A stretch of 64,000 nt of DNA, taken from Trueperaceae bacterium. Its GTDB lineage: Bacteria; Deinococcota; Deinococci; Deinococcales; Trueperaceae. Positions 1 to 9,671 of the stretch are shown in pieces; the first letter of the stretch is position 1; every line of letters begins with the position of its first letter. The position numbers and the translations under genes were made by a program. The DNA is taken from contig CBDCDZ010000004.1 of the NCBI GenBank assembly GCA_965215565.1, positions 1,344,001-1,408,000 on the forward strand, written 5' to 3'. The notes beneath the pieces are model-generated. The model saw only the letters and a list, made by a program, of their open reading frames with translations. It searched no databases and was not told the origin of the DNA.

Positions 1-324
1 GAGGAGGCTCGAGGCGAGCGGCAAGAACGCCCGCCCCGAGGGGCGCGTGAGCCACACACCTAAGGGAATCCCGATGACGAGGATCAGCGCGAGCGCCCAG
101 CCGACGATGACGAGGTGTTGCAAGGTCAGCTCTAAGAGCGTGTTGCGTTCGAAAAGGACGGTGCGCTGCTCGGGAAAGAGCCGCCCTAGCACCGCACCCC
201 ACAGCGCTTGTTGCGCGAACAGCCACAAGAGCGCGGCGAACATCGCGCCCGCCAAGCCTACTTGCAGCCACGCCTTGGCTTTAGGTGAAAGCGACGTAGG
301 CAGGCGTCCGGTCAGGGCGCTCAC
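1..324 (-). CDS. Osmoprotectant ABC transporter permease, YehW/OpuBB-like (partial, runs off window start)
   Basis: Manually translated from GTG at 324, which overlaps the ATPase stop (GTGA): MSALTGRLP...LELTLQHLVIVGWALALILVIGIPLGVWLTRP, a typical ProW/YehW N-terminus. Not in the ORF track because it is truncated. Confidence 0.85.
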   Translation of the reverse strand, partial: MSALTGRLPTSLSPKAKAWLQVGLAGAMFAALLWLFAQQALWGAVLGRLFPEQRTVLFERNTLLELTLQHLVIVGWALALILVIGIPLGVWLTRPSGRAFLPLASSLL

Positions 325-1427
325 GCGGCGGCCTCCTGCTCGCGCTCGCTCGTCAGCGTTAAAATCGTCTGCATGTCGATGACGCCGACGAGCCGCCCGT
401 CTTCCTCGGTCACGGGCATCTCGGTGACGCCCTGCGTGAGCATCCGCGACAGGGCGTCTTTGGCGTCGTCGCCGCTCAGGACGCCGTACACCTCGGCGTC
501 CGCTTCGGTGTAGGCGTCCGCCACGACTCTGTTGTCCGCGAAGGCGCGGCGGTCCAGCCAACCTACCAGCCGCCCTTTGTCCGTCACGTAGACGGTGCTA
601 CGCTGCGCCAGCGCGGTCTCAGCCTCTTTGGGTGACGCGCCGCGCTCCACCGAGATGACCTCTTTGCGCAGGTCGCTCACCTGCACGCGGCTGAGGCGCT
701 TGAGGGCGCGGTCACTCCCGACGAACTGCCGCACAAAGCGGCTCTTGGGTTGCGACAGGAGCGTTTCGGGCGTGTCGTACTGTTCCAACTCGCCCGCGTT
801 CATCACGCAGACCTTGTCGCCCATCTTGATGGCCTCGTCGATATCGTGCGTGACCATAACGATGGTCTTTTTAAGCTGGCTCTGGAGCCGCAAAAACTCC
901 TCTTGGAGCCGCTCGCGGGTCAGCGGGTCCACCGCGCCGAAGGGCTCGTCCATCAGCAGGACGGGCGGGTCCACCGCCAGCGCCCGCGCCACCCCGACGC
1001 GCTGCGCTTGCCCGCCGGAGAGTTCTTTCGGATACGAGTCGCGGTAACGCTCCGGGTCTAAGCCGGTGAGGTGGAGGAGTTCGTCGGCGCGCTCCGCACT
1101 CCGCCCCTTGTCCCACCCAAGCAGGTCAGGCACGACCTGAATATTTTGCTTCACCGTCATGTGCGGAAAGAGCCCGATGCTCTGAATGACGTAGCCGATG
1201 CCGCGCCGCAAAGCTTGCGGGTCAGCGTCTTCGGTGTCTTGACCGTCCACATAGATTTTGCCCGCCGAGGGCTCGATGAGGCGGTTGATCATCTTTAGGG
1301 TGGTCGTCTTGCCGCAGCCCGACGGACCGATCAACACGACTAAGTCGCCCTCGTCAATTTCAAAGGACAATCCCTTCACCGCTATTTCGTCGCCGTAGCG
1401 CTTGCTCACGTTCTCGAGTCTAATCAC
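321..1427 (-). CDS. Osmoprotectant (glycine betaine/proline/choline) ABC transporter ATP-binding protein with C-terminal CBS-like region
   Basis: Walker A GPSGCGKTT, signature LSGGQAQRVG, Walker B LLMDEPF; YehX/OpuBA-like. Confidence 0.93.
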   Translation of the reverse strand: MIRLENVSKRYGDEIAVKGLSFEIDEGDLVVLIGPSGCGKTTTLKMINRLIEPSAGKIYVDGQDTEDADPQALRRGIGYVIQSIGLFPHMTVKQNIQVVPDLLGWDKGRSAERADELLHLTGLDPERYRDSYPKELSGGQAQRVGVARALAVDPPVLLMDEPFGAVDPLTRERLQEEFLRLQSQLKKTIVMVTHDIDEAIKMGDKVCVMNAGELEQYDTPETLLSQPKSRFVRQFVGSDRALKRLSRVQVSDLRKEVISVERGASPKEAETALAQRSTVYVTDKGRLVGWLDRRAFADNRVVADAYTEADAEVYGVLSGDDAKDALSRMLTQGVTEMPVTEEDGRLVGVIDMQTILTLTSEREQEAAA

Positions 1428-1678
1428 CGCGCTCCCCTTTCACCAGCAGAAACCCTCTGGTTATAAGCGCTCTCACTGTACCGCTTAGCCCATGCTGCGG
1501 GATAAAGCCCCGGCAGCCCGATTTTTTGGAACCTAGTTCTTTGGAATTTATCTCCCGCCATGCAAAAACTCTGCAAAGCGAACTGAAAGGTGCAGCTCCT
1601 AGCATACGGTTCGGTTCCATCAAGCGTCCGTTCGTGAAGCTTCAAGGCGTTAGTAGAGAACTGTACGCTTTTGTTCAT
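1424..1678 (-). CDS. Possible 84-aa linker ORF coupled to both neighbours; overlaps a degenerate repeat copy
   Basis: ATGA overlap with the permease stop (1675-1678) and GTGA overlap with the ATPase start (1424-1427); no recognisable motif. Confidence 0.3.
   Translation of the reverse strand: MNKSVQFSTNALKLHERTLDGTEPYARSCTFQFALQSFCMAGDKFQRTRFQKIGLPGLYPAAWAKRYSESAYNQRVSAGERGAR
1444..1520 (-). repeat. Degenerate copy of the TAGCAG...CTGCTA dispersed repeat (right end)
   Basis: agcag-N6-tctggtt-N7-ctctcact has the same spacing as the copy at 53353; the other end is not clearly resolvable. Confidence 0.55.
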
Positions 1679-3081
1679 GACTGAATACCGGGCGAGGTCA
1701 AGAGCGCTCCTACCCCGCGCAAAAGCGCGTCTACAAAGAGCGCCAGCAGGATAATCGGTATCGCGCCTAAGAGGATGAGGTCCGGCACCTGCTGGCTGAT
1801 ACCGCTCTCGATAAAGGTCCCTAAACCGCCCGCGCCGATTAAAAAAGCAACCGTCGCGATGCCGATGGTCAGAACCGCCGACGCCCGGAGCCCCTCGACG
1901 ATGAGCGGCAGTGCTAGGGGCAACTCGACGCGGCGCAGGATCTGCGCCCGGCTCATCCCCATTCCGCGCCCCGCGTCGATGGCGGACTTAGGCACCTCTT
2001 TGATGCCCGTGTAGCAGTTGCGGACGATCGGCAGGAGCGCGTAGAGCGTCAGGGCGATGAGCGCGGGAGCCGTGCCGATGCCGCGTACGCCCAGAGCCGA
2101 GAGCGGCGCGGTGAAGCCGGGCAGCGCGAGTTCGCCGAAGTCCAAGCTAAATACCGCAACGATGAGGTCGTTGAGGAACACGGCGAGAATAACCGTGAGG
2201 AGCGCAAGCGGAACTGTAGCGACAAGCACGACAACGCCTAAGTAGAGATTGGCTACACCCTCCGCGAGCCGCGCCTTTTGAAAGCCCCAGATGAGCGCGG
2301 CGGTCGCGGCGAGCCCTACGAGGATAAAGAGCAGCGCGGCTCCTACGCTCACCCCGTTGCCGAGCCGCGCCAGGGGTCCTAACATCAAACCGAACAGCGC
2401 GAGTGAGGGGAGCGTCTGCAACAGGCTCGCGGTAGGTAACACGACCGCTGCCGCCCGCTCGTTTCGCGCCGCCTGAATCGCGGCGGGCACGCCGATAGCG
2501 GCGGCTAGAAAGACGCTCGTGCCCGAGAGCGCTAAGTGCCGCACCACCTCGGCGGCGAAGTCTTCCCCGCGCACCGCGAACTCGCGGGCGAGACCCAAGT
2601 CGCTGAGCGCCCCTGACGCTATAAGAAGAAGCGCGCCGACGAGCCCTGGCACGACTATCAGGGCACTTTTCCACCTCTTACCGCGCAGTTCACCTAACGC
2701 CCCAAAAATTCCGATGTAGTAAGCGAGCAGCGTGACCCACACGCCGCCACGGGGTGAGACCCGCGCCCTGTCCGCGTTCTCTACCTCAGCGAGCAAGGCT
2801 TGTGTCCCCTGGCTCATGAGGACGATTCCCAAGAGCAACCCCGCCGAAGCGAGCAGACCGAGCACCCAAGGACGCCCTTGAACCTTTGCAAAACTGACCA
2901 GCGCGAGCGCGAGCCAAACGCCGAGCAGCAGGAGGACCCAAACGAGGGGCAACGCAAAGGCGCTGTACGCTTCGCCCTCGACGATGCGGTTCTCTTTGAG
3001 CAGCAGCCAATTCGCCGCGAGCACGCCGAGAACGCCCACGGCGCTCGCGAGCAGCGTTACAGGATTGAGTGAATCACGCAC
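1675..3081 (-). CDS. Osmoprotectant ABC transporter permease, YehY-like
   Basis: Multi-TM protein with QTLPSLALFG and the EAA-type loop AIDAGRGMGMSRAQILRRVELPLA. Confidence 0.9.
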   Translation of the reverse strand: MRDSLNPVTLLASAVGVLGVLAANWLLLKENRIVEGEAYSAFALPLVWVLLLLGVWLALALVSFAKVQGRPWVLGLLASAGLLLGIVLMSQGTQALLAEVENADRARVSPRGGVWVTLLAYYIGIFGALGELRGKRWKSALIVVPGLVGALLLIASGALSDLGLAREFAVRGEDFAAEVVRHLALSGTSVFLAAAIGVPAAIQAARNERAAAVVLPTASLLQTLPSLALFGLMLGPLARLGNGVSVGAALLFILVGLAATAALIWGFQKARLAEGVANLYLGVVVLVATVPLALLTVILAVFLNDLIVAVFSLDFGELALPGFTAPLSALGVRGIGTAPALIALTLYALLPIVRNCYTGIKEVPKSAIDAGRGMGMSRAQILRRVELPLALPLIVEGLRASAVLTIGIATVAFLIGAGGLGTFIESGISQQVPDLILLGAIPIILLALFVDALLRGVGALLTSPGIQS

Positions 3082-3099
3082 AACTCACCTCTTCATTCC

Positions 3100-3130
3100 A
3101 AAAAAGATGAGGACAGGTCAACCTGTCCTC
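3100..3130 (-). terminator. Intra-operon hairpin/terminator after the substrate-binding gene
   Basis: GAGGACAGGT/ACCTGTCCTC inverted repeat followed by a T-tract on the minus strand. Confidence 0.6.
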
Positions 3131-3163
3131 TTGAAGCTCTTTTCAACGTATGAAAGGCGAACC

Positions 3164-4090
3164 TTACTGCAAGAAGCCTTCGGAGGTGAGGTAGTCCTCA
3201 GCCACCTGCGCGGGGTCGAGACCCTCCACCGCTACCTGACCGTTAAGGGTTTGCAGCGTCTCCTCATCGAGCGATTCGAAGACAGGGTTGAGAATTTCCG
3301 CGAGTTCCGGGAACTGGCTCGCCACCTCGCCGCGCACGGTGGGCGCAGGCTGATAGATAGCCACCGCGCTTTGAGGATCGTCTAACGTGGTGAGCCCGAG
3401 CGCCGAAATCGTGCCGTCGGTGCCGTACGCCATCGCCGCGTTGACGCCGTCGGTGCCCTGCGCCGCCGCTGTCTCGGTCTGCGTAGTGTTGCCGCCCGCT
3501 AAGATCACGAGTTGGTTTGACGAGACTTCGAAGCCGTAAGTTTCCTCGAAGGCGGGCAGCGCGTCTTCGCGGTCGACGAACTCCTGGCTCGCGGCGAGCT
3601 TGAATTCGCCGCCATCGTTGATATACGTGGCTAAGTCGCCGAGCGTCTCCAAGCCGTTCTCCTGCGCTAAACTTTCAGGCACGGCAATCGCCCAGGTGTT
3701 GTTCGCGGGCGCTTGCTCCAACCAGGTCACGTTGTTGCGCTCGGCGTCGAGCTGTTTCACGGTCTGGTAGAGTTCTTGGGCGTCCGTCGAAACGCCTTCG
3801 GGCAGTGCCGCGTCCGGGAAAAACGTCAGCGCCGAGCCCGTATACTCGGGGTAGAGGTCGATTTCGCCCGCTAAGAGCGCCTCACGCACCACCGACGTCG
3901 TGCCGAAGCCCGAGCGGTCATTTATAGCGAAGTCGTTCTGCTCCAACATGAGCCGGATGATCTGAGCGAGCACCGAGCCCTCGGTATCGATCTTCGAGCC
4001 GACGGTGAGCGTTCCCTTTTGTGCGAAGCCGAAGCTCGAGCCGAGGCTCACACTAAGGACGACGAATAGGACAAAGGCTAGTCTGCGCAT
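3164..4090 (-). CDS. Osmoprotectant ABC transporter substrate-binding protein (OsmF/YehZ-like)
   Basis: Signal peptide; VGSKIDTEG, DLYPEYTG and ANNTWAIAV motifs; GGAGG RBS. Confidence 0.92.
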   Translation of the reverse strand: MRRLAFVLFVVLSVSLGSSFGFAQKGTLTVGSKIDTEGSVLAQIIRLMLEQNDFAINDRSGFGTTSVVREALLAGEIDLYPEYTGSALTFFPDAALPEGVSTDAQELYQTVKQLDAERNNVTWLEQAPANNTWAIAVPESLAQENGLETLGDLATYINDGGEFKLAASQEFVDREDALPAFEETYGFEVSSNQLVILAGGNTTQTETAAAQGTDGVNAAMAYGTDGTISALGLTTLDDPQSAVAIYQPAPTVRGEVASQFPELAEILNPVFESLDEETLQTLNGQVAVEGLDPAQVAEDYLTSEGFLQ

Positions 4091-4424
4091 GGTTTCCTCC
4101 TACTTGTTCTACTGGTATGTATACGGACGTAATGGACCGTTAGAACACATTCACGCAACCATCACTCAGGTCTAGGCTTACGCTTCACTGAACACGTAGT
4201 AGACAAAACGATGAACGCTATCAATGTGAAAAACTACGCTTTGAAGTAAAGCATACAAAGTCGCGAGGCTCTGTTAAGCGCCCTACCAAAAGTTTGTTCT
4301 GGTTGTCGTAAGAGGTGCGCCGACGCTGCCGCCGCACCTCGCCCGTGCTAAAAGGGGCACTAATAGAAGAGGTGAGGTTAGAACCTCACCCCCCACGCTG
4401 TAGAGACTTTACGCTTCGCGCCTG

Positions 4425-4646
4425 CTAAACTCTCGTTCTCATCTCGCCGAGCGAGACTCCCGTAAGGGCATTGCGCCTCTTTTGCCGCAGCGAATCACAG
4501 GCAGCTTGCCAGTTCGCCTTAGCGCGCCTAAGTTCAGCGCGCGCGTTCGTTACGTTGCGCCCCGTACGCTCCGCCTTGTCTACTCTAAATTGCGCTCTGA
4601 CGCACTGGTCTGCGGCTCGGTCTAATGGGGATGAAAAGAAGATCAT
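4425..4646 (-). CDS. Small basic hypothetical protein (73 aa)
   Basis: AGGAGG RBS 5 nt before ATG 4646; hairpin GGTGAGGT/ACCTCACC downstream at about 4372-4391. Confidence 0.5.
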   Translation of the reverse strand: MIFFSSPLDRAADQCVRAQFRVDKAERTGRNVTNARAELRRAKANWQAACDSLRQKRRNALTGVSLGEMRTRV

Positions 4647-4896
4647 GACAGCCTCCTGCAGCTCTCTATGAGATTTCTCACATCTTAGACCTTCTCGTCT
4701 GCACAAGCAACCGCAAATGCGCCTTATGAAGAAACTGTGAGAGCGCTCCTTAGAAAGCGCTCTCTCGCCGTGCTACACGGCTTTTGAGGAACCACTGAGA
4801 GGACCGCGCCACGGCAAAAGACCTCACGGGGCGGTTTCACATATTCTTTATTTTTTTCTCATAAAAAGCGTCAGCGGTAGAGATTTGCGCGGTCTT

Positions 4897-6888
4897 TTAG
4901 GACGCCTCCGCCGCTGCCGACGCAGGTTGCTCCACCTCTTCCGCGCTCCGTCCGAACGTAAAGAGCACGCCGGCGAGCACGAGTAGCCCCGCGATGAGCA
5001 TCAGCCACCAGGGAGCCCCTAGGCCGACGGGCAAGAGCCCGATGAGCAGACCCACGACGCCCGCTGTGAGCGCGTACGGCAACTGCGTGCGCACGTGGTC
5101 GATGTGGTCACACCCCGACGCCATCGACGAGATGATCGTCGTGTCCGAAATCGGTGAGCAGTGGTCACCCCAAACCGCGCCTGAAAGCACCGAAGCTATT
5201 GAGGCGTAAAGGATAGCGTAGTGCTCGGGCGACGCCATCCCGTTCGCCTGCAAGATGGCCCAGGTCAGCGGCACCGTGAGCGGCACCAAAATGCCCATCG
5301 TTCCCCAACTCGTGCCCGTCGCGAACGCCGTCGCCGCCGACACGACGAAGATGAGCGCGGGCAGGGCGGCGGGCGCTAAGCTCTCGCCCAAGATGGAGAC
5401 GAGATAGTCGCCCGTATGCAGCACGTCCGTCACGCCAGAGAGCGCCCACGCCAAGATTAAGATGATAATCACGAAGAGCATGTTTTTGAGCCCGCCGTAC
5501 CACGCACTGACCGTCTCTTCCAAGGATAGAATCCGCTGCCCCACGCTGAGCAGCGCCGCCGCGAGCACGCCCAAGAGCGACGCCCACACGAGCGCGGTGA
5601 AGGAGTCCGCGCTGCCGATGATGTCTTGTATATTGTCGCCTTCGCCCGTCGCGAAAAGCCCGATGATCGCCACGCCGACGAGCACCACGATGGGAACGAT
5701 TGCGTTGAGCGCACGCTCGGGAACGTCCTCTTTAGGTTCCATCTCGTCGCCGATATCGTCCACCCTCGAGTCTCCGCGCATCACCGAGCCGGTGCGCCGT
5801 GCCCGCCGCTCCGCCTGGAGCATCGGACCGTAGTCGCGCCCGGAGAGCGCCACCATAAAGACGAACAGCACCGCGAGGATGGGATAGAAGCTGTAAGGAA
5901 CCGAGTTGAGGAAGATGGTGTAAGCCGCCATATCGAAGCCCTCGATACTACTCACTGCGTCGCCGATGAGCCCCACTTCGAAACCTATCCAGGTCGTGAT
6001 GAGCCCGATCGTCGCCACCGGAGCCGCCGTCGAGTCCACGATGTAGGCGAGCTTCTCGCGCGAGATTTTAAGCCTGTCGGTCACAGGGCGCATGGTGTTG
6101 CCGACGACGAGCGTGTTGGCGTAGTCGTCGAAGAAGATAGCGACGCCTAGAAAGCTCGTCGCCACCTGACCCCGTTTGGGCGTCGAGGCAAAGCCCGTGA
6201 TGCGGTTCACGACCCCTTTCATGCCCCCGTTGCGCGAGATGATGCCGACCATCCCACCGATCATCAAGGTGAAGAGGATAATCGCCGCGTGCCCGGTGCT
6301 GCCATCAGGCGGAACGAGGGCTTGCAGCACGTAGCGGTTGAGCGTCTCTAAAAGTCCTGTCCACACGCCAGAGAGCGACAAGCCGTGAACCGTCACCGCG
6401 CCCACGAAAATGCCCAAAAAGAGCGCCGGGATCACCTGGCGCGTCACGAGCGCCACCGCGATGGCGATGAGCGGCGGCAAAATCGCGAGCCAGCCGAAGA
6501 TCGCCCTCGAGGACCCCTCCGAAAGCGTCTCCCCGCCCTGAACGAGCCGCATGTCGAAGCTACCTGCTGGAACCTGAATATCCTCTACCGTCGCTTCAAA
6601 CCCTAAGCCGGACTCGCTGAAAGCGTCCGGGGCGATAGAGTAGCGCTGTCCGCCAACCTCAAGCTCGAGGGGTTCCCCCACCGGACCCGCCGCCTCAACC
6701 GTCTGGCTAAAAGGGATACCCGCCAGCGCCACCTCAGGCGCTTCGAAGGAAAAGGACTGCGCGTTTTGAGTTTGTGCGTGAGCAGCACAAAATAAAATAC
6801 TGTATAAAATTAGGACGCCGATAAAACCTATGCGCGAGTCCCGAAATTTGCTGGTACTAGAAAGCCGCCAGAACCAAACCTCTCTCAT
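4897..6888 (-). CDS. NhaC-family Na+/H+ antiporter or amino-acid transporter with an N-terminal soluble extension
   Basis: FFDDYAN, YIVDSTAAP, FATGTSWGT and GDHCSPISDTT motifs; start chosen at ATG 6888 after AAAGGAG. Confidence 0.88.
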   Translation of the reverse strand: MREVWFWRLSSTSKFRDSRIGFIGVLILYSILFCAAHAQTQNAQSFSFEAPEVALAGIPFSQTVEAAGPVGEPLELEVGGQRYSIAPDAFSESGLGFEATVEDIQVPAGSFDMRLVQGGETLSEGSSRAIFGWLAILPPLIAIAVALVTRQVIPALFLGIFVGAVTVHGLSLSGVWTGLLETLNRYVLQALVPPDGSTGHAAIILFTLMIGGMVGIISRNGGMKGVVNRITGFASTPKRGQVATSFLGVAIFFDDYANTLVVGNTMRPVTDRLKISREKLAYIVDSTAAPVATIGLITTWIGFEVGLIGDAVSSIEGFDMAAYTIFLNSVPYSFYPILAVLFVFMVALSGRDYGPMLQAERRARRTGSVMRGDSRVDDIGDEMEPKEDVPERALNAIVPIVVLVGVAIIGLFATGEGDNIQDIIGSADSFTALVWASLLGVLAAALLSVGQRILSLEETVSAWYGGLKNMLFVIIILILAWALSGVTDVLHTGDYLVSILGESLAPAALPALIFVVSAATAFATGTSWGTMGILVPLTVPLTWAILQANGMASPEHYAILYASIASVLSGAVWGDHCSPISDTTIISSMASGCDHIDHVRTQLPYALTAGVVGLLIGLLPVGLGAPWWLMLIAGLLVLAGVLFTFGRSAEEVEQPASAAAEAS

Positions 6889-7047
6889 CGTGGGTCTCCT
6901 TTCGCTCCAAACGCAAGTGTACATCTTTTCGTTAAAGCGGAAGAAGATTCATACTTTGACGGTTCTATGGCGCTGCTTTGTGATGCCGCGAAGAGGTTGG
7001 ACGTTGCGGCTTACGCCTACGTTCGTCGTGGTGATATCGCCTAGGAT

Positions 7048-7701
7048 TCAAGAGGTAGAGCTGGATTCAGGCTGATTCAGCAGCCAAGCGTAGAGTTCAG
7101 GCGTATTGTAAGCGTCGTCCCAAGAGGTGTGACCCACCTCCGGATAGACCATCAACTTCGCGTGTCCGCTGCAAGCGTTCACAGCGTCAACCATCTTCGT
7201 CGATTCGCTCAGGGGCACGCGGTCATCTTTCGCGCCATGAAACGCCCAGATGGGCACCTCTTTGAGTGTACACGCCTCTTCAGGATTGCTCCTGCCGCAG
7301 ACGGGCGCGAGCGCGGCGAAGCGGTTGGGATGAGCCGCCCCTAAAAACCACACGCCTTGCCCTCCCAGGCTCAGCCCGGTGAGGTAGATGCGGCTTGTGT
7401 CTACATCGTAGCGCTTTACGGCGTCGTCCAGAAGAGCCTCGAGCGCGCCCAGGTGGTCCGTCCAGCGCGTCTCTTCGGGGCACTGCGGCGCGAGGACGAG
7501 AACTTCGGGGAAGGGGTTGCGGGTTTTCAGCACGTCGGGCAAGCCGTACGTTTTGACGCGCTCGAGATCGTCTCCTCTTTCACCCGAGCCGTGCAGGAAG
7601 AGGACGAGGGGTAGCGTATCGGTCTGAGCACCAGGCGCATACAAGAGGTAGGGCAGGTGCCCTGCCAAGCGAACTGGGCGCGGCGCAAGCGTCGTTTCCA
7701 T
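7048..7701 (-). CDS. Alpha/beta hydrolase (phospholipase/carboxylesterase or peptidase-like)
   Basis: FLHGSGERG, nucleophile GLSLGG, FHGAKDD, GH; probably leaderless. Confidence 0.85.
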   Translation of the reverse strand: METTLAPRPVRLAGHLPYLLYAPGAQTDTLPLVLFLHGSGERGDDLERVKTYGLPDVLKTRNPFPEVLVLAPQCPEETRWTDHLGALEALLDDAVKRYDVDTSRIYLTGLSLGGQGVWFLGAAHPNRFAALAPVCGRSNPEEACTLKEVPIWAFHGAKDDRVPLSESTKMVDAVNACSGHAKLMVYPEVGHTSWDDAYNTPELYAWLLNQPESSSTS

Positions 7702-7711
7702 CTCAGAAGTA

Positions 7712-7846
7712 TAGCAACCAATATAAGTACTGATTAAAATAGCGCAAGTCTCAGCCTGCCAAGGCTAGCGGGATTTCATTCTCAAAGGTGCGTGCTATAT
7801 GGTGTTCTACATCGTGAGAGCGTCCCAAACCAAATAATACTTGCTA
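7712..7846 (+). repeat. MITE-like dispersed repeat, copy A (135 bp)
   Basis: TAGCA...TACTGA, GCGGGATTTCAT...GTGCGTGCTA and GTGAGAG...CAAACCAAATAATACTTGCTA blocks match the copies at 16413 and 53353. Confidence 0.75.
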
Positions 7847-7895
7847 TATAGCGTGTGAGACGACCTCTTCATGAGTCTCGCGTTAGGCTTAAAGG

Positions 7896-9671
7896 ATGGC
7901 GAAACCTCCGTCCTCTTCCGCGCTCGCCAAGCTGTGGAGCCTCCTTGCGCCGCGCAAGTGGCAAGTCGCTGGACTCTCACTCCTGCTTACGCTCTCGGCC
8001 GCCACCGCGCAAATCAGCCCCCAGTTCGTGCGCATCGTCATCGACGACCTCATCCCGCGCGGCGAGGCGCGGCTCTTTTTGCTCCTCGGCGCGGCGATGC
8101 TCGTCTTTTACCTCGTCAGCGCGGGCGTGGGCTACGCGGCGATGTATCTCTCGTATGCGTTCACGCAGTCGGTGATCAGCGACGTACGGATGCGGGCGTA
8201 TTCGACGCTGCTGAGCCTTCCTCTGGCTCGCTTCACCCGCGAGCGCTCGGGCTCACTCGTCTCGCGCGTGGTGTCGGACGTAAACGCTTTAGAGGCCATG
8301 ATCCAGTCCGGCGCGTCGCGCCTTTTGGGGCAGCTTTTCAGCATCATTGTGGTGCTCGCCATTCTCTTCGTGATGGACTGGGTTTTGGCGCTCCTCAGTC
8401 TGGGCGTCGTCGTGCTGATGGCGCTCGTGACGGGCACCTACCAGGGCCCGCTGCGCGAGGCGGCGCGGCACATCCGCAGGAGCGTCGGTGAACTTAACGC
8501 CACTGCGACGGAGGCGATTGGCAACATCGGCGTGGTGAAGACGTTCGCGAACGAGGACCTGGAGCGGGGCACCTTCGGCGCGGAAAATAGCCGCTACGTC
8601 ACGCTCAACTTGGCGCGGCGCAAGCAGGTAGGCTGGATGGAAGGCTTGGTGGGTCTTACCGCCGAACTCGGCCTCGCGGCGCTCCTCCTCTTGGGCGGTT
8701 GGCTCATCGTGCAGCGTGACCTTACGGTGGGCGAACTCTCCGCGTTCTTGCTCTATCTGAATAACCTGATTGGACCCGTGCGCTCGGTCATGTTTTTCAA
8801 CAACTCGCTGCAAGCGGGCGTCGCGGCGCTAGAGCGCGTCAACGACCTCTTGGACGACGCGCCCGAGCAGGAGGGCGAAACGGAAGCGTTAGAGCGGGGG
8901 CGGCTCGAGTTCCGTAACGTCAGCTTCCGCTACCCGGACACCGACACCTTCGCCCTCAAAGACCTCTCGCTGAACGTCGAGGCGGGGCAGACCGCCGCAC
9001 TAGTGGGACCCTCCGGCGCTGGAAAAAGCACCGTCATCGCCCTCTTGAGCCGCCTCTATGACCCTACTTCCGGCGAGATTCGCTTGGCGGGGCGCGACTT
9101 GCGCGACTTCCGCCTGAAGACGCTGCGCCGCGCCGTCGCCGTCGTGCCGCAAGACCCGACGCTCTTCTCCGGTTCCGTGACCGATAACATCCGCTACGCC
9201 AAACCGGACGCGGACGAAGAAGAGGTCAGACGCGCCGCTAAGCTCGCCAACGCGCACGACTTTATCCTCGAGCTGCCGGAAGGTTACGACACGCAAGTCG
9301 GCGAGCGCGGCGTCAAGCTCTCAGGCGGGCAAAAGCAGCGCATCGCCATCGCCAGGGCGATTCTCAAAGAGGCGTCGGTACTGGTTTTAGATGAGGCGAC
9401 GTCGAACTTAGACGCCGAGTCCGAAGCGGTCATTCAAGACGCATTGGAAGGGCTTTTCTCGAGCCGCAGAAGAAGCGTCACGACGATTATCATCGCGCAC
9501 CGCCTCTCGACGGTGCGCAGCGCGGACGAGATTTTCGTGCTGGACCGAGGTGAACTCGCCGAGTCGGGCGTGCACCGCGACCTCTTGGCGCAAGATGGGC
9601 TCTACAAGATGCTCTACGACTTACAGATGGACGACGCCAACCTCTTGCCCTCTTCCGCCGCGTCTTCGTAG
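7896..9671 (+). CDS. ABC exporter, fused TMD-NBD (MsbA/MdlA-like)
   Basis: TM region plus GPSGAGKST, LSGGQKQRIAIARA, LDEATS, IAHRLST. Confidence 0.93.
   Translation: MAKPPSSSALAKLWSLLAPRKWQVAGLSLLLTLSAATAQISPQFVRIVIDDLIPRGEARLFLLLGAAMLVFYLVSAGVGYAAMYLSYAFTQSVISDVRMRAYSTLLSLPLARFTRERSGSLVSRVVSDVNALEAMIQSGASRLLGQLFSIIVVLAILFVMDWVLALLSLGVVVLMALVTGTYQGPLREAARHIRRSVGELNATATEAIGNIGVVKTFANEDLERGTFGAENSRYVTLNLARRKQVGWMEGLVGLTAELGLAALLLLGGWLIVQRDLTVGELSAFLLYLNNLIGPVRSVMFFNNSLQAGVAALERVNDLLDDAPEQEGETEALERGRLEFRNVSFRYPDTDTFALKDLSLNVEAGQTAALVGPSGAGKSTVIALLSRLYDPTSGEIRLAGRDLRDFRLKTLRRAVAVVPQDPTLFSGSVTDNIRYAKPDADEEEVRRAAKLANAHDFILELPEGYDTQVGERGVKLSGGQKQRIAIARAILKEASVLVLDEATSNLDAESEAVIQDALEGLFSSRRRSVTTIIIAHRLSTVRSADEIFVLDRGELAESGVHRDLLAQDGLYKMLYDLQMDDANLLPSSAASS

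Noticed and set aside
4091..4420. c-di-AMP or other riboswitch upstream of the osmoprotectant operon
   Set aside because: No conserved riboswitch core sequence could be found on the minus strand.
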